Source of the DNA: an uncultured delta proteobacterium
GTDB lineage: Bacteria > Desulfobacterota > Binatia > Binatales > Binataceae
DNA: 64,000 nt
Reading direction: 5' to 3'
Assembly: GCA_963765675.1 (NCBI GenBank)
Contig: CAVXXK010000001.1
Span: forward strand, 2,112,001-2,176,000
Every line of letters starts with the position of its first letter. The stretch's first letter is position 1. Of the stretch, positions 1 through 8,249 are shown piece after piece. A program made the translations under genes and the position numbers. Below the pieces are notes generated by a model. The model had not been told where the DNA came from and did not search any database. It saw only the letters and a program-made list of their open reading frames with translations.

Positions 1-411
1 GAGGGTCTGCTGCAGCTCCGTCAATACCGGATTGTTCGCCGCCTCGACCCCGCGCAAAATCCCGCCCGAGACATACCCCGGCGCGCCCGACGGAGTATTC
101 GATACCGCCATCACCGGTGAGGTGACGAACGGCGCCACCGCGGTCACCGGCGGCATCGCCGTGATCGCCTGGCGCAACTGGGCGGGATTCCATACCGCGC
201 CGTCGCTGCGTTCGACCGTCACTTCGGGGGTGAAAGCCAAAAGGCGCGAACGCAAATCTTCCTGGAATCCGCTCATCACCGAGAGCGCCACCGTCAGCGC
301 CAGAGTGCCCAGCGTAACTCCGGTAAGCGAGATCACGGCGATCAGCGAAACGAAGCGTTCGCGGCGCCGGGCGCGTAGGTAGCGGATGCCGATCAGGTAC
401 TCGAAGCGCAT
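1..411 (-). CDS. Lipoprotein-releasing ABC transporter permease LolC/E family, 5' part (runs off the window)
   Basis: Manual translation from ATG at 411: MRFEYLIGIRYLRARRRERFVSLIAVISLTGVTLGTLALTVALSVMSGFQEDLRSRLLAFTP, the typical LolC/E N-terminus. Confidence 0.88.
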   Translation of the reverse strand, partial: MRFEYLIGIRYLRARRRERFVSLIAVISLTGVTLGTLALTVALSVMSGFQEDLRSRLLAFTPEVTVERSDGAVWNPAQLRQAITAMPPVTAVAPFVTSPVMAVSNTPSGAPGYVSGGILRGVEAANNPVLTELQQTL

Positions 412-629
412 ATTCAGGCAGCCTGGATTTGTCGGATCGAGCGCGATCGCGAGGCCAGCCGGGGGTCGTAGGGGCGACGGGAGGGTTTCATTGAATCAAG
501 CGGACGCGGGATTCGTCTATAGTCCGCGACCGATTTGGCTTTTGCAACGGTCATGCAACGAGAAGAGGTTGCGCTTCCTCGTGGGGGTGCCATATGCTCA
601 CGCCGAAATCGGTTCTGGAGGTTGCGCGG

Positions 630-3182
630 ATGAACCGCTACTGGCCTGCGGCGATCGCCGTGGCGTTGATTACATTTTTATTTGTATCGACCAGCGGCGT
701 GAAGGCGGCGGAACCTCGGGTCCCTCCTGACCAGATCACGATGAACTTCCAGAACGTGGATATCCCGGTTCTGGCCAAATTCATCAGCGAGATCACCGGC
801 AAGAATTTCATCATCGACGAAAGCGTGCGCGGCAAGGTGACGATCATCTCGCCCACCAAGGTTACTCCTGCGCAGGCCTATTCGCTGTTCCAGTCCGTGC
901 TTCAGATCAAGGGCTTCACCACCGTGCAGGCGGGCAAGGTCATTAAGATCGTCCCCGCCCGCAACGTGCGCTCCGACGCGCCGCTCACCGAGTCGCAGCT
1001 CCCGGCCGATACCCACGGCGACGAGTACGTCACCCGGATGGTCAAGCTCAAGAATATTGACGCCGGCACGCTGGTCGGAGTCGTGCAGCCGATGGTTTCG
1101 CACGACGGTCTGGTCGCGGCCTATCCCGAAGACAACACCCTCATCATCACCGACGACGCGTATAACGTGCAGCGCCTGCTCCAGGTGATCGGCAGCCTCG
1201 ATATCGCGGGCACCCAGGAGACGGTCGCCGTGATTCCGCTGAAGCTCGCGTTCGCGGGCGAGCTCGCTCCAGAGATCGAACAGATCATGGCGGCGCGCTA
1301 CGGCGGCTCGACCTCCACTCCGCAGGGTCCACGCCCGGGGATGGGCGTCGTCGCACCGGTCTCGAGCGGTCCTTCCAACTCCTTCAAGGTGATCCCTGAC
1401 GAGCGCACCAATTCTCTCATCGTGCTCGCCGCTCCGCTCCAGATGCGCGATATCAAAGACGTCATTGCCAAGCTCGATATCGTGCCGCCCAACGTGACTT
1501 CCCGCATCCACGTCTACCGGCTGAAAAATGCGCAGGCGCTCGAGATGGTCCAGGTCATGAACAACCTGCTCAACGGCGGCGGCGCTCCAACCACACTATC
1601 GCCCACCACTGGCCGCGGCTCGCTGGGCCGCAGCAGCTCGATGGGCGGCATGATGGGCTCTATGGGCGGCATGAGCAGCGGTTTCGGCGGCATGGGCGGC
1701 GGGATGGGTGGCTACGGCGGCTCGAGTATGGGCGGCATGATGAGCGGATACGGCGGCTCGAGCATGGGCGGCATGGGTGGCATGGGCGGAATAAGCGGAG
1801 GCATGGGCAGCGGCAGGGGCATGATGGGCGGCAATTCATCGGGAACCTCCGGCGCCGCTTCGGCCAGCACCGAGGGTGGCAAAGGCACCAATTTTCTGAA
1901 CCCGGTCAATATCACTGCCGACCCCGCGACCAACTCGATGGTGGTGAGCGCTTCGCCGCAAGACTGGTCTACCCTGAAGCAGATTATCGATGAGCTCGAC
2001 GTTCCGCGCGTGCAGGTCTTCGTGCAGGCGGTGATCGTCGAGGTCAGCGCCGAACGCAGCCGTCAGCTTGGTTTCGAGTACAGTGCCCTCAACGGCATCG
2101 GCGTTGCCTCGTTGAATTATGGAAACCTTCAGAACGCACTCACTAATCCGCTGGGATTGAGTGGTCTTGCGATCGGGATGGCCTCAAAGAGCCTGTGCTC
2201 GATTCCCTCGACCGTCGCCGCGGGCGTTTCGGCGACCGGAACCGCAGCCGCTTCAGCGGCGAGTCTGATCACGGTTCCCTGCGATGTCGCCCTGCTCGAG
2301 GCGCTCGAGACCGATACCCATACCAACGTCCTCTCAGCGCCGACCCTGCTCACCGCCGACAACGAAGAGGCGATGATTGTGGTCGGCCAGAACGTGCCTT
2401 TCGTCGGCTCGGCCTCGGCCAATGCCGGCCTGCCTGGACAGATCTTCAATTCGGTCGATCGCCAGAACGTCGGTATCACGCTCGATATCGTGCCGCAGGT
2501 TTCCGAGGGCGACTACGTCAAGCTCGATATGTATGAGGAGGTCTCCAACGTGGTCGCGAGCACGGCGAATAATCCGCTCGGACCGACAACCACTATCCGC
2601 TCCGCGTCGACCAGCGTGATGGTGCAAAATCATCGCACCGCCGTGGTTGGCGGATTGCTTTCGAGCCAGGACAGCGCCTCAAACCAGGGTATCCCGTACA
2701 TCTCCAGCATTCCCGTGATTGGCAACCTGTTCAGCTTCAAGAGCACCGATCGGCAGAAAGACAATTTGATTGTCTTCCTGACTCCGCACGTGATTCGCGA
2801 CCGCTCGCAGTTGCGCGATCTCGCTCTCGACGAGCGCCATCAGTACATCAATTCGATCGGCCGCAAGGAAGTTCACGACATGCCGGCTTCCCAGATCCAC
2901 GAGCTGTACAAGCCGTCGTTCTCGATCGCGGTGCCGCCATCGGCTGATCTCGGCACGCCCTCGGCTCCGGGCGCGCCGTCCGCCGCCGATGTACCCCCGC
3001 CGGCCTCGAGCGGCTCGCCGTCGAGCGACACGCCTTTCAACACCGAGGAGATCGGGCCTTCGAGCATGCGCGCTCCGTCCGGCTCGAGCGGATCCTCGGC
3101 TCCGGTCGCCAGCAGCGGGATCATGCCGTCTTCACGCGCCTTCGATGCGACCCGGGCGGGGATGGCGCCGGCGGCACCCTGA
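630..3182 (+). CDS. gspD: Type II secretion system secretin GspD
   Basis: Signal peptide; N0 ITMNFQNVDI...VRGKVTIISP; N-domain motifs PDERTNSLIV and ADPATNSMVV; secretin motifs QVFVQAVIVEV, NVLSAPTLLTADNEEA, IPVIGNLF. GGAGG precedes ATG 630 (ORF track starts at 594). Confidence 0.93.
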   Translation: MNRYWPAAIAVALITFLFVSTSGVKAAEPRVPPDQITMNFQNVDIPVLAKFISEITGKNFIIDESVRGKVTIISPTKVTPAQAYSLFQSVLQIKGFTTVQAGKVIKIVPARNVRSDAPLTESQLPADTHGDEYVTRMVKLKNIDAGTLVGVVQPMVSHDGLVAAYPEDNTLIITDDAYNVQRLLQVIGSLDIAGTQETVAVIPLKLAFAGELAPEIEQIMAARYGGSTSTPQGPRPGMGVVAPVSSGPSNSFKVIPDERTNSLIVLAAPLQMRDIKDVIAKLDIVPPNVTSRIHVYRLKNAQALEMVQVMNNLLNGGGAPTTLSPTTGRGSLGRSSSMGGMMGSMGGMSSGFGGMGGGMGGYGGSSMGGMMSGYGGSSMGGMGGMGGISGGMGSGRGMMGGNSSGTSGAASASTEGGKGTNFLNPVNITADPATNSMVVSASPQDWSTLKQIIDELDVPRVQVFVQAVIVEVSAERSRQLGFEYSALNGIGVASLNYGNLQNALTNPLGLSGLAIGMASKSLCSIPSTVAAGVSATGTAAASAASLITVPCDVALLEALETDTHTNVLSAPTLLTADNEEAMIVVGQNVPFVGSASANAGLPGQIFNSVDRQNVGITLDIVPQVSEGDYVKLDMYEEVSNVVASTANNPLGPTTTIRSASTSVMVQNHRTAVVGGLLSSQDSASNQGIPYISSIPVIGNLFSFKSTDRQKDNLIVFLTPHVIRDRSQLRDLALDERHQYINSIGRKEVHDMPASQIHELYKPSFSIAVPPSADLGTPSAPGAPSAADVPPPASSGSPSSDTPFNTEEIGPSSMRAPSGSSGSSAPVASSGIMPSSRAFDATRAGMAPAAP

Positions 3183-3224
3183 TCAACCTTCAGACTTGAT
3201 CGTGAACGCAATTTTTCCTCGCAC

Positions 3225-3259
3225 GCGGCGCGCGGGCTTAGACCCGCGCGCCGCTCTTT
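3225..3259 (+). terminator. Putative intrinsic terminator after gspD
   Basis: 12-bp stem GCGGCGCGCGGG/CCCGCGCGCCGC with 6-nt loop, followed by TCTTT. Confidence 0.55.
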
Positions 3260-3269
3260 GCCCACCGCG

Positions 3270-4190
3270 ATGCCTCGGCAGATAGGCGGAATTCAGGCCC
3301 GAGTCGAATGGGCCGGCGCCGCGGCATATATCGCCGCGATGCGCGCGTTGCCGCTTTCCCGCGCGGTGCGCCTGGGCGCAAAGCTGGGCAGAATCGCGAT
3401 GGAAGTAGATCGGCCGAATCGTCCGATCGCGCTCAAGAATCTCGAAATCGCATTTCCCGAAAAATCCGTCGCCGAGCATCTCGAAATCCTGCGCGGCAGC
3501 TACCGCAACTGGGGACGGATGGCCGCCGAGTGGTCGCACATCCGCAAGCTCAACCGCGCCAATATCGAAGAGGTCGTCACCTACCAGGGCAAGGAGCATT
3601 GGGACGAAGCCGAGCGCATCTCGAAAGGGCGCGGAATTATCGTGCTGACGGCGCACTTCGGTAATTGGGAATTGCTCAACGTCGCGCATTCGGTCTACGG
3701 CTACCGGATCGCGATCGTAAATCGCGTGTTGCGCAACCCCCTGATGGACAAAGCGGTGCGCGCCGCGCGCGTCAGCTTCGGGAACGCGCTGATCGAGCGC
3801 AAGACCGGCGGCCTCACCGCGATGCGCCTGCTCCGGAAGAACTGGCAGGTCGCGATCACGCTCGACCTCGACGTGCGCAAGGGCGTGTTCGTCGATTTCT
3901 TCAGCCTGCTCGCCTCGACCAGCGACGGCGCCGCCCGCCTTGCGCTCGCCACCGGCGCGCCGGTGGTCCCGACCTTCATGGTGCGCCAGGGCACCGGCGC
4001 AAAGAACAAGATCACGATTCATCCGCCGGTCGAGATTCAGCAGACCGACGATCGCGCCGCCGACGTAATCGAGAACACCCAGCGTTTCGTCCGTCCGATC
4101 GAATCGATGATCCGCGCGCATCCGGACCACTGGAACTGGATCCATCGCCGCTGGAAAACCCGCCCCCCCGGCGAAGAGCGCTTTTACTAG
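3270..4190 (+). CDS. lpxL: Lipid A lauroyl/myristoyl acyltransferase (HtrB/LpxL family)
   Basis: AHFGNWE catalytic motif, NLEIAFPE, C-terminal HPDHWNWIHRRWKTRP. Confidence 0.88.
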   Translation: MPRQIGGIQARVEWAGAAAYIAAMRALPLSRAVRLGAKLGRIAMEVDRPNRPIALKNLEIAFPEKSVAEHLEILRGSYRNWGRMAAEWSHIRKLNRANIEEVVTYQGKEHWDEAERISKGRGIIVLTAHFGNWELLNVAHSVYGYRIAIVNRVLRNPLMDKAVRAARVSFGNALIERKTGGLTAMRLLRKNWQVAITLDLDVRKGVFVDFFSLLASTSDGAARLALATGAPVVPTFMVRQGTGAKNKITIHPPVEIQQTDDRAADVIENTQRFVRPIESMIRAHPDHWNWIHRRWKTRPPGEERFY

Positions 4191-4262
4191 GTCGGACAAC
4201 CATCCTCGCGACGATTTAATCGAGAGACTCCACTCGCGCCGCCTGCGGCCGCTGTCCCTTCT

Positions 4263-4781
4263 GTCATCCTGAGCGGAGGCCGTTGCGGCCGGAGTCGAAG
4301 GATCCCGGGACGACCGTGCGAAGTATCATGATCGCCTGCTCTGACCTTGGGACGCCGATCACCATCGCGCCGTTTTCATTCGCTGGCGAGATCGCGCCAG
4401 GCGGGATTGTCCTTTTCGATCAACGCAATCTTTTTCGCGCGCACCCATCCCTTGAGTTGTTTCTCTCTCGCGATCGCATCCGCGGCGCGATCGTATTGCT
4501 CGAAGTAAACCAGGCGCGTGACATTGTAACGTGCGGTGAAACCCGCGCTCGCTTTCTCCCGATGCTCTGCGATGCGCCGCTCAAGGTCGTTTGTCACGCC
4601 AACGTAGATCACGCGCGAGGGGCTCGCGACGATGTACACGGAAAAAGTGCGCATCGGCATGATCCTCGCGTGTCGCGCGGCGATCAGCAAGCGCCGGGGC
4701 CTTCAGGAGGAGTCACGATGCTGTGCATGGACGCCTCGGGATCCTTCGACTCCGGTCGCAACGGCCTCCGCTCAGGATGAC
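4263..4781. mobile_element. GIY-YIG nuclease gene bracketed by 45-bp inverted repeats (REPtron-like cassette)
   Basis: 4263-4307 GTCATCCTGAGCGGAGGCCGTTGCGGCCGGAGTCGAAGGATCCCG matches the reverse complement of 4737-4781 at 44 of 45 positions. Confidence 0.75.
4376..4660 (-). CDS. Small GIY-YIG family endonuclease
   Basis: SVYIVAS..RVIYVGVTNDLERRIAEH, FTARYNVTRLVYFE, AIAREKQLKGW.RAKKIALIE..NP.WRDL. Confidence 0.92.
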   Translation of the reverse strand: MPMRTFSVYIVASPSRVIYVGVTNDLERRIAEHREKASAGFTARYNVTRLVYFEQYDRAADAIAREKQLKGWVRAKKIALIEKDNPAWRDLASE

Positions 4782-5043
4782 GTACGGGCTGCCGTACCGT
4801 GGCAGCGCGATCCATCTTACGAAGATGTCTCCGATCCGCTACGATTCCCCCACGATGTCGCGCGAATCTGAAAATCTCGTCGCTCCCGAGGCTCCCGCCA
4901 CGACGCCGGAGCCGCCGTATCTCTACATCCGCGCGTGCGGCGCGCTGTGCGACGCGTTCTGGTGGGCGCGGCGCAGCACGCCCGCTCGCGATTCGTCGGA
5001 TCGCGAGCGCGACGAATCCCGTTCTCCCGATGCGCCCGAGCGT

Positions 5044-5790
5044 TCATAGCTGCCCGACCCGATAGCCGCGCCACAAATCCTCCGCGATACGAATCGGATC
5101 CGCGTGGATTCCGGCGCGCGTGAAATGTCCGCAGATATTTTCGAGATCGCGCCTGAGCAGCGACCGTGCATTCGGATTCATCCGCGCATCGACCGCTTGC
5201 GGAAAATCGATCGCCACCGCACGGCCCTCCGAGTAGAGCAGATTGTACGCCGAGAGATCGCCGTGCACGCGATGGTTCGCGAGCCACAGCGCGACGTTCT
5301 CGATGATCCCTCTAAGGCATCGTTGCGCGGCGGACGAATCCATCTCCGCCCGCACCAGCATCGGCGCGGCCGCGGTCTCGTCGCCAAAATATTCCATCAG
5401 GATCGCGCCCGGCGCTTTCGCGATCGGTTCGGGCACGTCGGCGCCCGCGCTATACAGTATTTCGAGCGTTTCATACTCCGCGCCGATCCAGGTGGCGTAT
5501 TGGACCGCGCGTCCGTGGCGCGACTTGTTCACGAACGCCCGGCGGTTGCGCGTTTCCCAATCCGCTCCGCGTCCGGCCTGGTAGACCGCGTCGTTGCGGA
5601 AGCCGCGCTTCTCGAGCGGTTGATAGACTTTGGCCGCAACCAGGTCGCGGCCCAAATCCGCTGAGGCGCGGCAGCAATAGACGGTGGCCTCCTTGCCGCT
5701 GCGCACGATGTACAAAACTTCAGTGATCAAGCCCTCGCCGAAAAACGCATCGAGTACGTTGTCGGCTTCGATTTGCTGATTCTCGGTCAT
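5044..5790 (-). CDS. RIO-family atypical Ser/Thr kinase/ATPase
   Basis: SGKEATVY, AAKVY, catalytic loop VHGDLSAYNLL, IDFPQAV; GGAG before ATG 5790. Confidence 0.92.
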   Translation of the reverse strand: MTENQQIEADNVLDAFFGEGLITEVLYIVRSGKEATVYCCRASADLGRDLVAAKVYQPLEKRGFRNDAVYQAGRGADWETRNRRAFVNKSRHGRAVQYATWIGAEYETLEILYSAGADVPEPIAKAPGAILMEYFGDETAAAPMLVRAEMDSSAAQRCLRGIIENVALWLANHRVHGDLSAYNLLYSEGRAVAIDFPQAVDARMNPNARSLLRRDLENICGHFTRAGIHADPIRIAEDLWRGYRVGQL

Positions 5791-5963
5791 TGGGTGCTCC
5801 ACGTTTTGGGGCCGTTGCGAGTTTCTTGAAACCCGGTCGCCATAAATTGAGTACGGTCATTGCGAATCCTCCTTCCTCTGATGTTGGTGCCGCCGCGTCG
5901 AAAATCGATCGTCGACAGGCGTGCGCGAACGCACACCCGCGCCGCGCGGCACTTTGCAGACGC

Positions 5964-5994
5964 AAAAAAAACCACGGGGCGCTCGCCTCCGTGG
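5964..5994 (-). terminator. Attenuator terminator in the RIO kinase leader
   Basis: Minus strand CCACGGAGGC-GAGC-GCCCCGTGG (9-bp stem, one bulge) immediately followed by T8. Confidence 0.8.
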
Positions 5995-6020
5995 CCGATA
6001 TGCAGTGGAGATTCCGGTAG

Positions 6021-6089
6021 TTACCGGACGGCGATCACGGAAGGCGCGACGCGGCGAATTTGCGCAAGTTCATTTCGTGTACTCTTCAT
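6021..6089 (-). CDS. Putative 22-aa leader peptide MKSTRNELAQIRRVAPSVIAVR
   Basis: AAGGAGGAG RBS upstream of ATG 6089, TAA at 6023-6021; lies between a promoter and a terminator and contains the antiterminator strand. Confidence 0.7.
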   Translation of the reverse strand: MKSTRNELAQIRRVAPSVIAVR

Positions 6090-6121
6090 CGCGATTTGCT
6101 CCTCCTTCCGGGATGCCTCCA

Positions 6122-6149
6122 ACTTTACCGCGGCGCACTATAGAGTCAA
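6122..6149 (-). promoter_or_regulatory. Sigma70-type promoter for the leader/RIO transcript
   Basis: TTGACT-N16-TAAAGT on the minus strand, just upstream of the leader RBS. Confidence 0.6.
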
Positions 6150-6256
6150 GCTGTCGATATCGGGTTAGTTTGAGATTTGTACTGTTAGCGATGCCTACTT
6201 ATCATTCGCACGCATGGCTGCCGCGCGCGAGCAAACCGGAATCCGCAGCGCCGCTG

Positions 6257-6442
6257 TATACCCTCTCCCTCCGGGAGAGGGTGCCGCGAAGCGGCGGGTG
6301 AGGGTGCTGCTCTGCTGCTTCTATGCAGGGCTATCTCTGTGCGCATATTACTCGGAGCAGCACCCTCACCCACGCGTCACGGCGATTGCAAAAAAGAGCA
6401 ATCGCCGCGCCGCGTCGCCCTCTCCGGGAGGGAGAGGGTATA
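6257..6442. repeat. Inverted pair of CCCTCTCCC/GGGAGAGGG-type palindromic repeats
   Basis: TATACCCTCTCCCTCCGGGAGAGGG...GGGTGAGGGTGCTGCTC mirrored by GAGCAGCACCCTCACCC...CCCTCTCCGGGAGGGAGAGGGTATA. Confidence 0.8.
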
Positions 6443-6479
6443 AAGCCATCTCCGCCCGCGCGATCACAATATTGCTTAT

Positions 6480-6550
6480 ACGGGCGCGTCGCGACGCGCC
6501 TCTACGAACCGGAATCTTCTCTTCGTAGGGGCGCGTCGCGCCGCGCCCGT
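6480..6550. repeat. GTAG-type REP doublet
   Basis: ACGGGCGCGTCGCGACGCGCCTCTACGAA / TTCGTAGGGGCGCGTCGCGCCGCGCCCGT; related copies at 52250 and 63189. Confidence 0.8.
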
Positions 6551-6730
6551 CTTTGTACGCCGACGATATGCGCCCATGTTTCGCTGCTGTCTCTTGCGCA
6601 TCGTGTGCTACTTTTCAGCGCGATTGGCGAAAAATCAGCACGTCGATTTTCGCGAGCCTCCTTGGCCTGGCAGGATCCTCGATCCGCCAAACCCCTTCTC
6701 GCACAGGCACTTCGGTTTACTTTGTTGCCG

Positions 6731-7148
6731 CGCCGCTTCCCTAACGATCGTTCGGGTTTTTGCCAGATTTGTTCATGGCTGAACTGTTCAGCCTTATGCA
6801 CAAATTCACTTCGTGCAAAACTGATCCCGTGGAAGCATCAGGCGCAAAAATCAGTCAGACCACCAAGACACGAAGACACAAAGAAATAACCCATTTCCGG
6901 CGCGCCGCGCGCAGAAAAGAATATTCTTCGTGTCTTAGTGTCTTCCTCTTCCTTGGTGTCTTCGTGTTTAGTTTTTTCTTCCGGCGCCGGAGGGTCCAAA
7001 AATCGATGACCAAAAAAGCTGCTGAAACGAACCCAATGTCGCGAATTCACCAGCATAATCAAGGAGTTTATTTTTTGAGCTACTAAAAAAGATACCAAAC
7101 GAACCCACCGAAATTTGCCCGATATCAAAAATCCAAGGCACCACCTTG
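6731..7148 (+). repeat. AT-rich dispersed element, copy 1 (inverted copy at 51466-51941)
   Basis: Long near-identical blocks shared with the reverse complement of 51466-51941, e.g. TTCGGGTTTTTGCCAGATTTGTTCATGGCTGAACTGTTCAGCCTTATGC and GATACCAAACGAACCCACCG. Confidence 0.9.
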
Positions 7149-7157
7149 TCTGCGATC

Positions 7158-8213
7158 TTACAAATTCGCGATCACCGCGCGCGCGAACTCCATCGTCTTC
7201 GCCTTCCCGCCCTGGTCGGGAGTCAGCACTTTGCCCTCGGCGTACACCTTGCGCACCGCCGCGTCGAAGCGATGCCCCGCGTCGTCGAAGCCCAGGTACT
7301 CGAGCATCAACGCCGCCGACATCATCGTCGCGCTCGGATTGATTATCCCCTGTCCTACGATATCCGGCGCGGTTCCGTGCACCGACTCGAAGTACGCGTA
7401 GTCCTCGCCGTAGCATCCGCTCGGCGCGAGTCCGAGCCCACCGATAATTCCGGCCGCCGCGTCCGACAGGATATCGCCGTAGAGATTAGGCATCACGACC
7501 ACGTCGAGATCGTGCGGCGACGCGACCAGCCTGCGCGCGAAGTCGTCGACGATGAACTGCTCGTACTTGATCTCCGGATACTTAGCTGCCGTCTCCTCGA
7601 CGATCTTGCGGAACAATCCGTCCGACTCGTGCAGCATGTTGTATTTCGAGGAGCAGGTGAGCTTGCCTTTTCCGCCCGCGCGCTTGCGCTTGAGCGTGAG
7701 CCGGCAGGCGAACTCGGCGACGCGCCGGGTGTTGCGCTCGGTGATGATCTTGATCGCGTAGATTCCGCGCTCCCCCGTATCGAGCGGAGCGCGCAGGATC
7801 CTGCTGTAGGGCGCGAGCGGCGCCAGGTTCGCGATCGGTCCTTCGAGTCCAAGGTACAGGTCTTCCAGGTTCTCGCGCACGATCACGAAATCGATTCCTT
7901 CGGGCCGCGCCATCGGACTGCGATAACCCTTCGACCATCGCGCCGGCCGCACGTTGGCAAACGTCTGTTTGCCCCAGCGCAAATAGGTGATCGAGGTCGT
8001 CTTGCCCGAGGTCGAGCCGAACAGCGTCGTGTCCGAGGCGTCAATCGCGGCGCGCGCCTTCGCGTCGGTCTCGCCGCGCACCCATTTTTCGCCCGGCGGA
8101 AATTCCAGGTAATCGATCGGCAGCTCGATCGCGCGCAGCACTTCCATCGTCGCCGCCATCGCCTCGGGCGCGGCGTCGTCGCCGGGCAGCACCACAACTT
8201 TCTTGTTTGGCAA
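7158..8213 (-). CDS. Isocitrate/isopropylmalate dehydrogenase family protein
   Basis: VVVLPGDDAAPE, VRENLEDLY, NLYGDILSD, FESVHGTAPDIVG, TPDQGG. Confidence 0.92.
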   Translation of the reverse strand: MPNKKVVVLPGDDAAPEAMAATMEVLRAIELPIDYLEFPPGEKWVRGETDAKARAAIDASDTTLFGSTSGKTTSITYLRWGKQTFANVRPARWSKGYRSPMARPEGIDFVIVRENLEDLYLGLEGPIANLAPLAPYSRILRAPLDTGERGIYAIKIITERNTRRVAEFACRLTLKRKRAGGKGKLTCSSKYNMLHESDGLFRKIVEETAAKYPEIKYEQFIVDDFARRLVASPHDLDVVVMPNLYGDILSDAAAGIIGGLGLAPSGCYGEDYAYFESVHGTAPDIVGQGIINPSATMMSAALMLEYLGFDDAGHRFDAAVRKVYAEGKVLTPDQGGKAKTMEFARAVIANL

Positions 8214-8249
8214 CTTTCTCTCCTGATACGGCGCGCGCGTCGTGAAACC

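Noticed and set aside
4855-5049. Possible 64-aa ORF MSRESENLV... convergent with the RIO kinase
   Set aside because: No clear RBS or recognisable motif; cannot be supported from sequence alone
6760-7086. ORF with a hydrophobic stretch kept open in both copies of the AT-rich element (also 51529-51924), including an in-frame indel; considered as a type I toxin-like membrane peptide
   Set aside because: Most differences I compared between copies are non-synonymous, there is no RBS, and the hydrophobic stretch derives from the T-rich repeat strand; not fully excluded, dN/dS over more copies would decide
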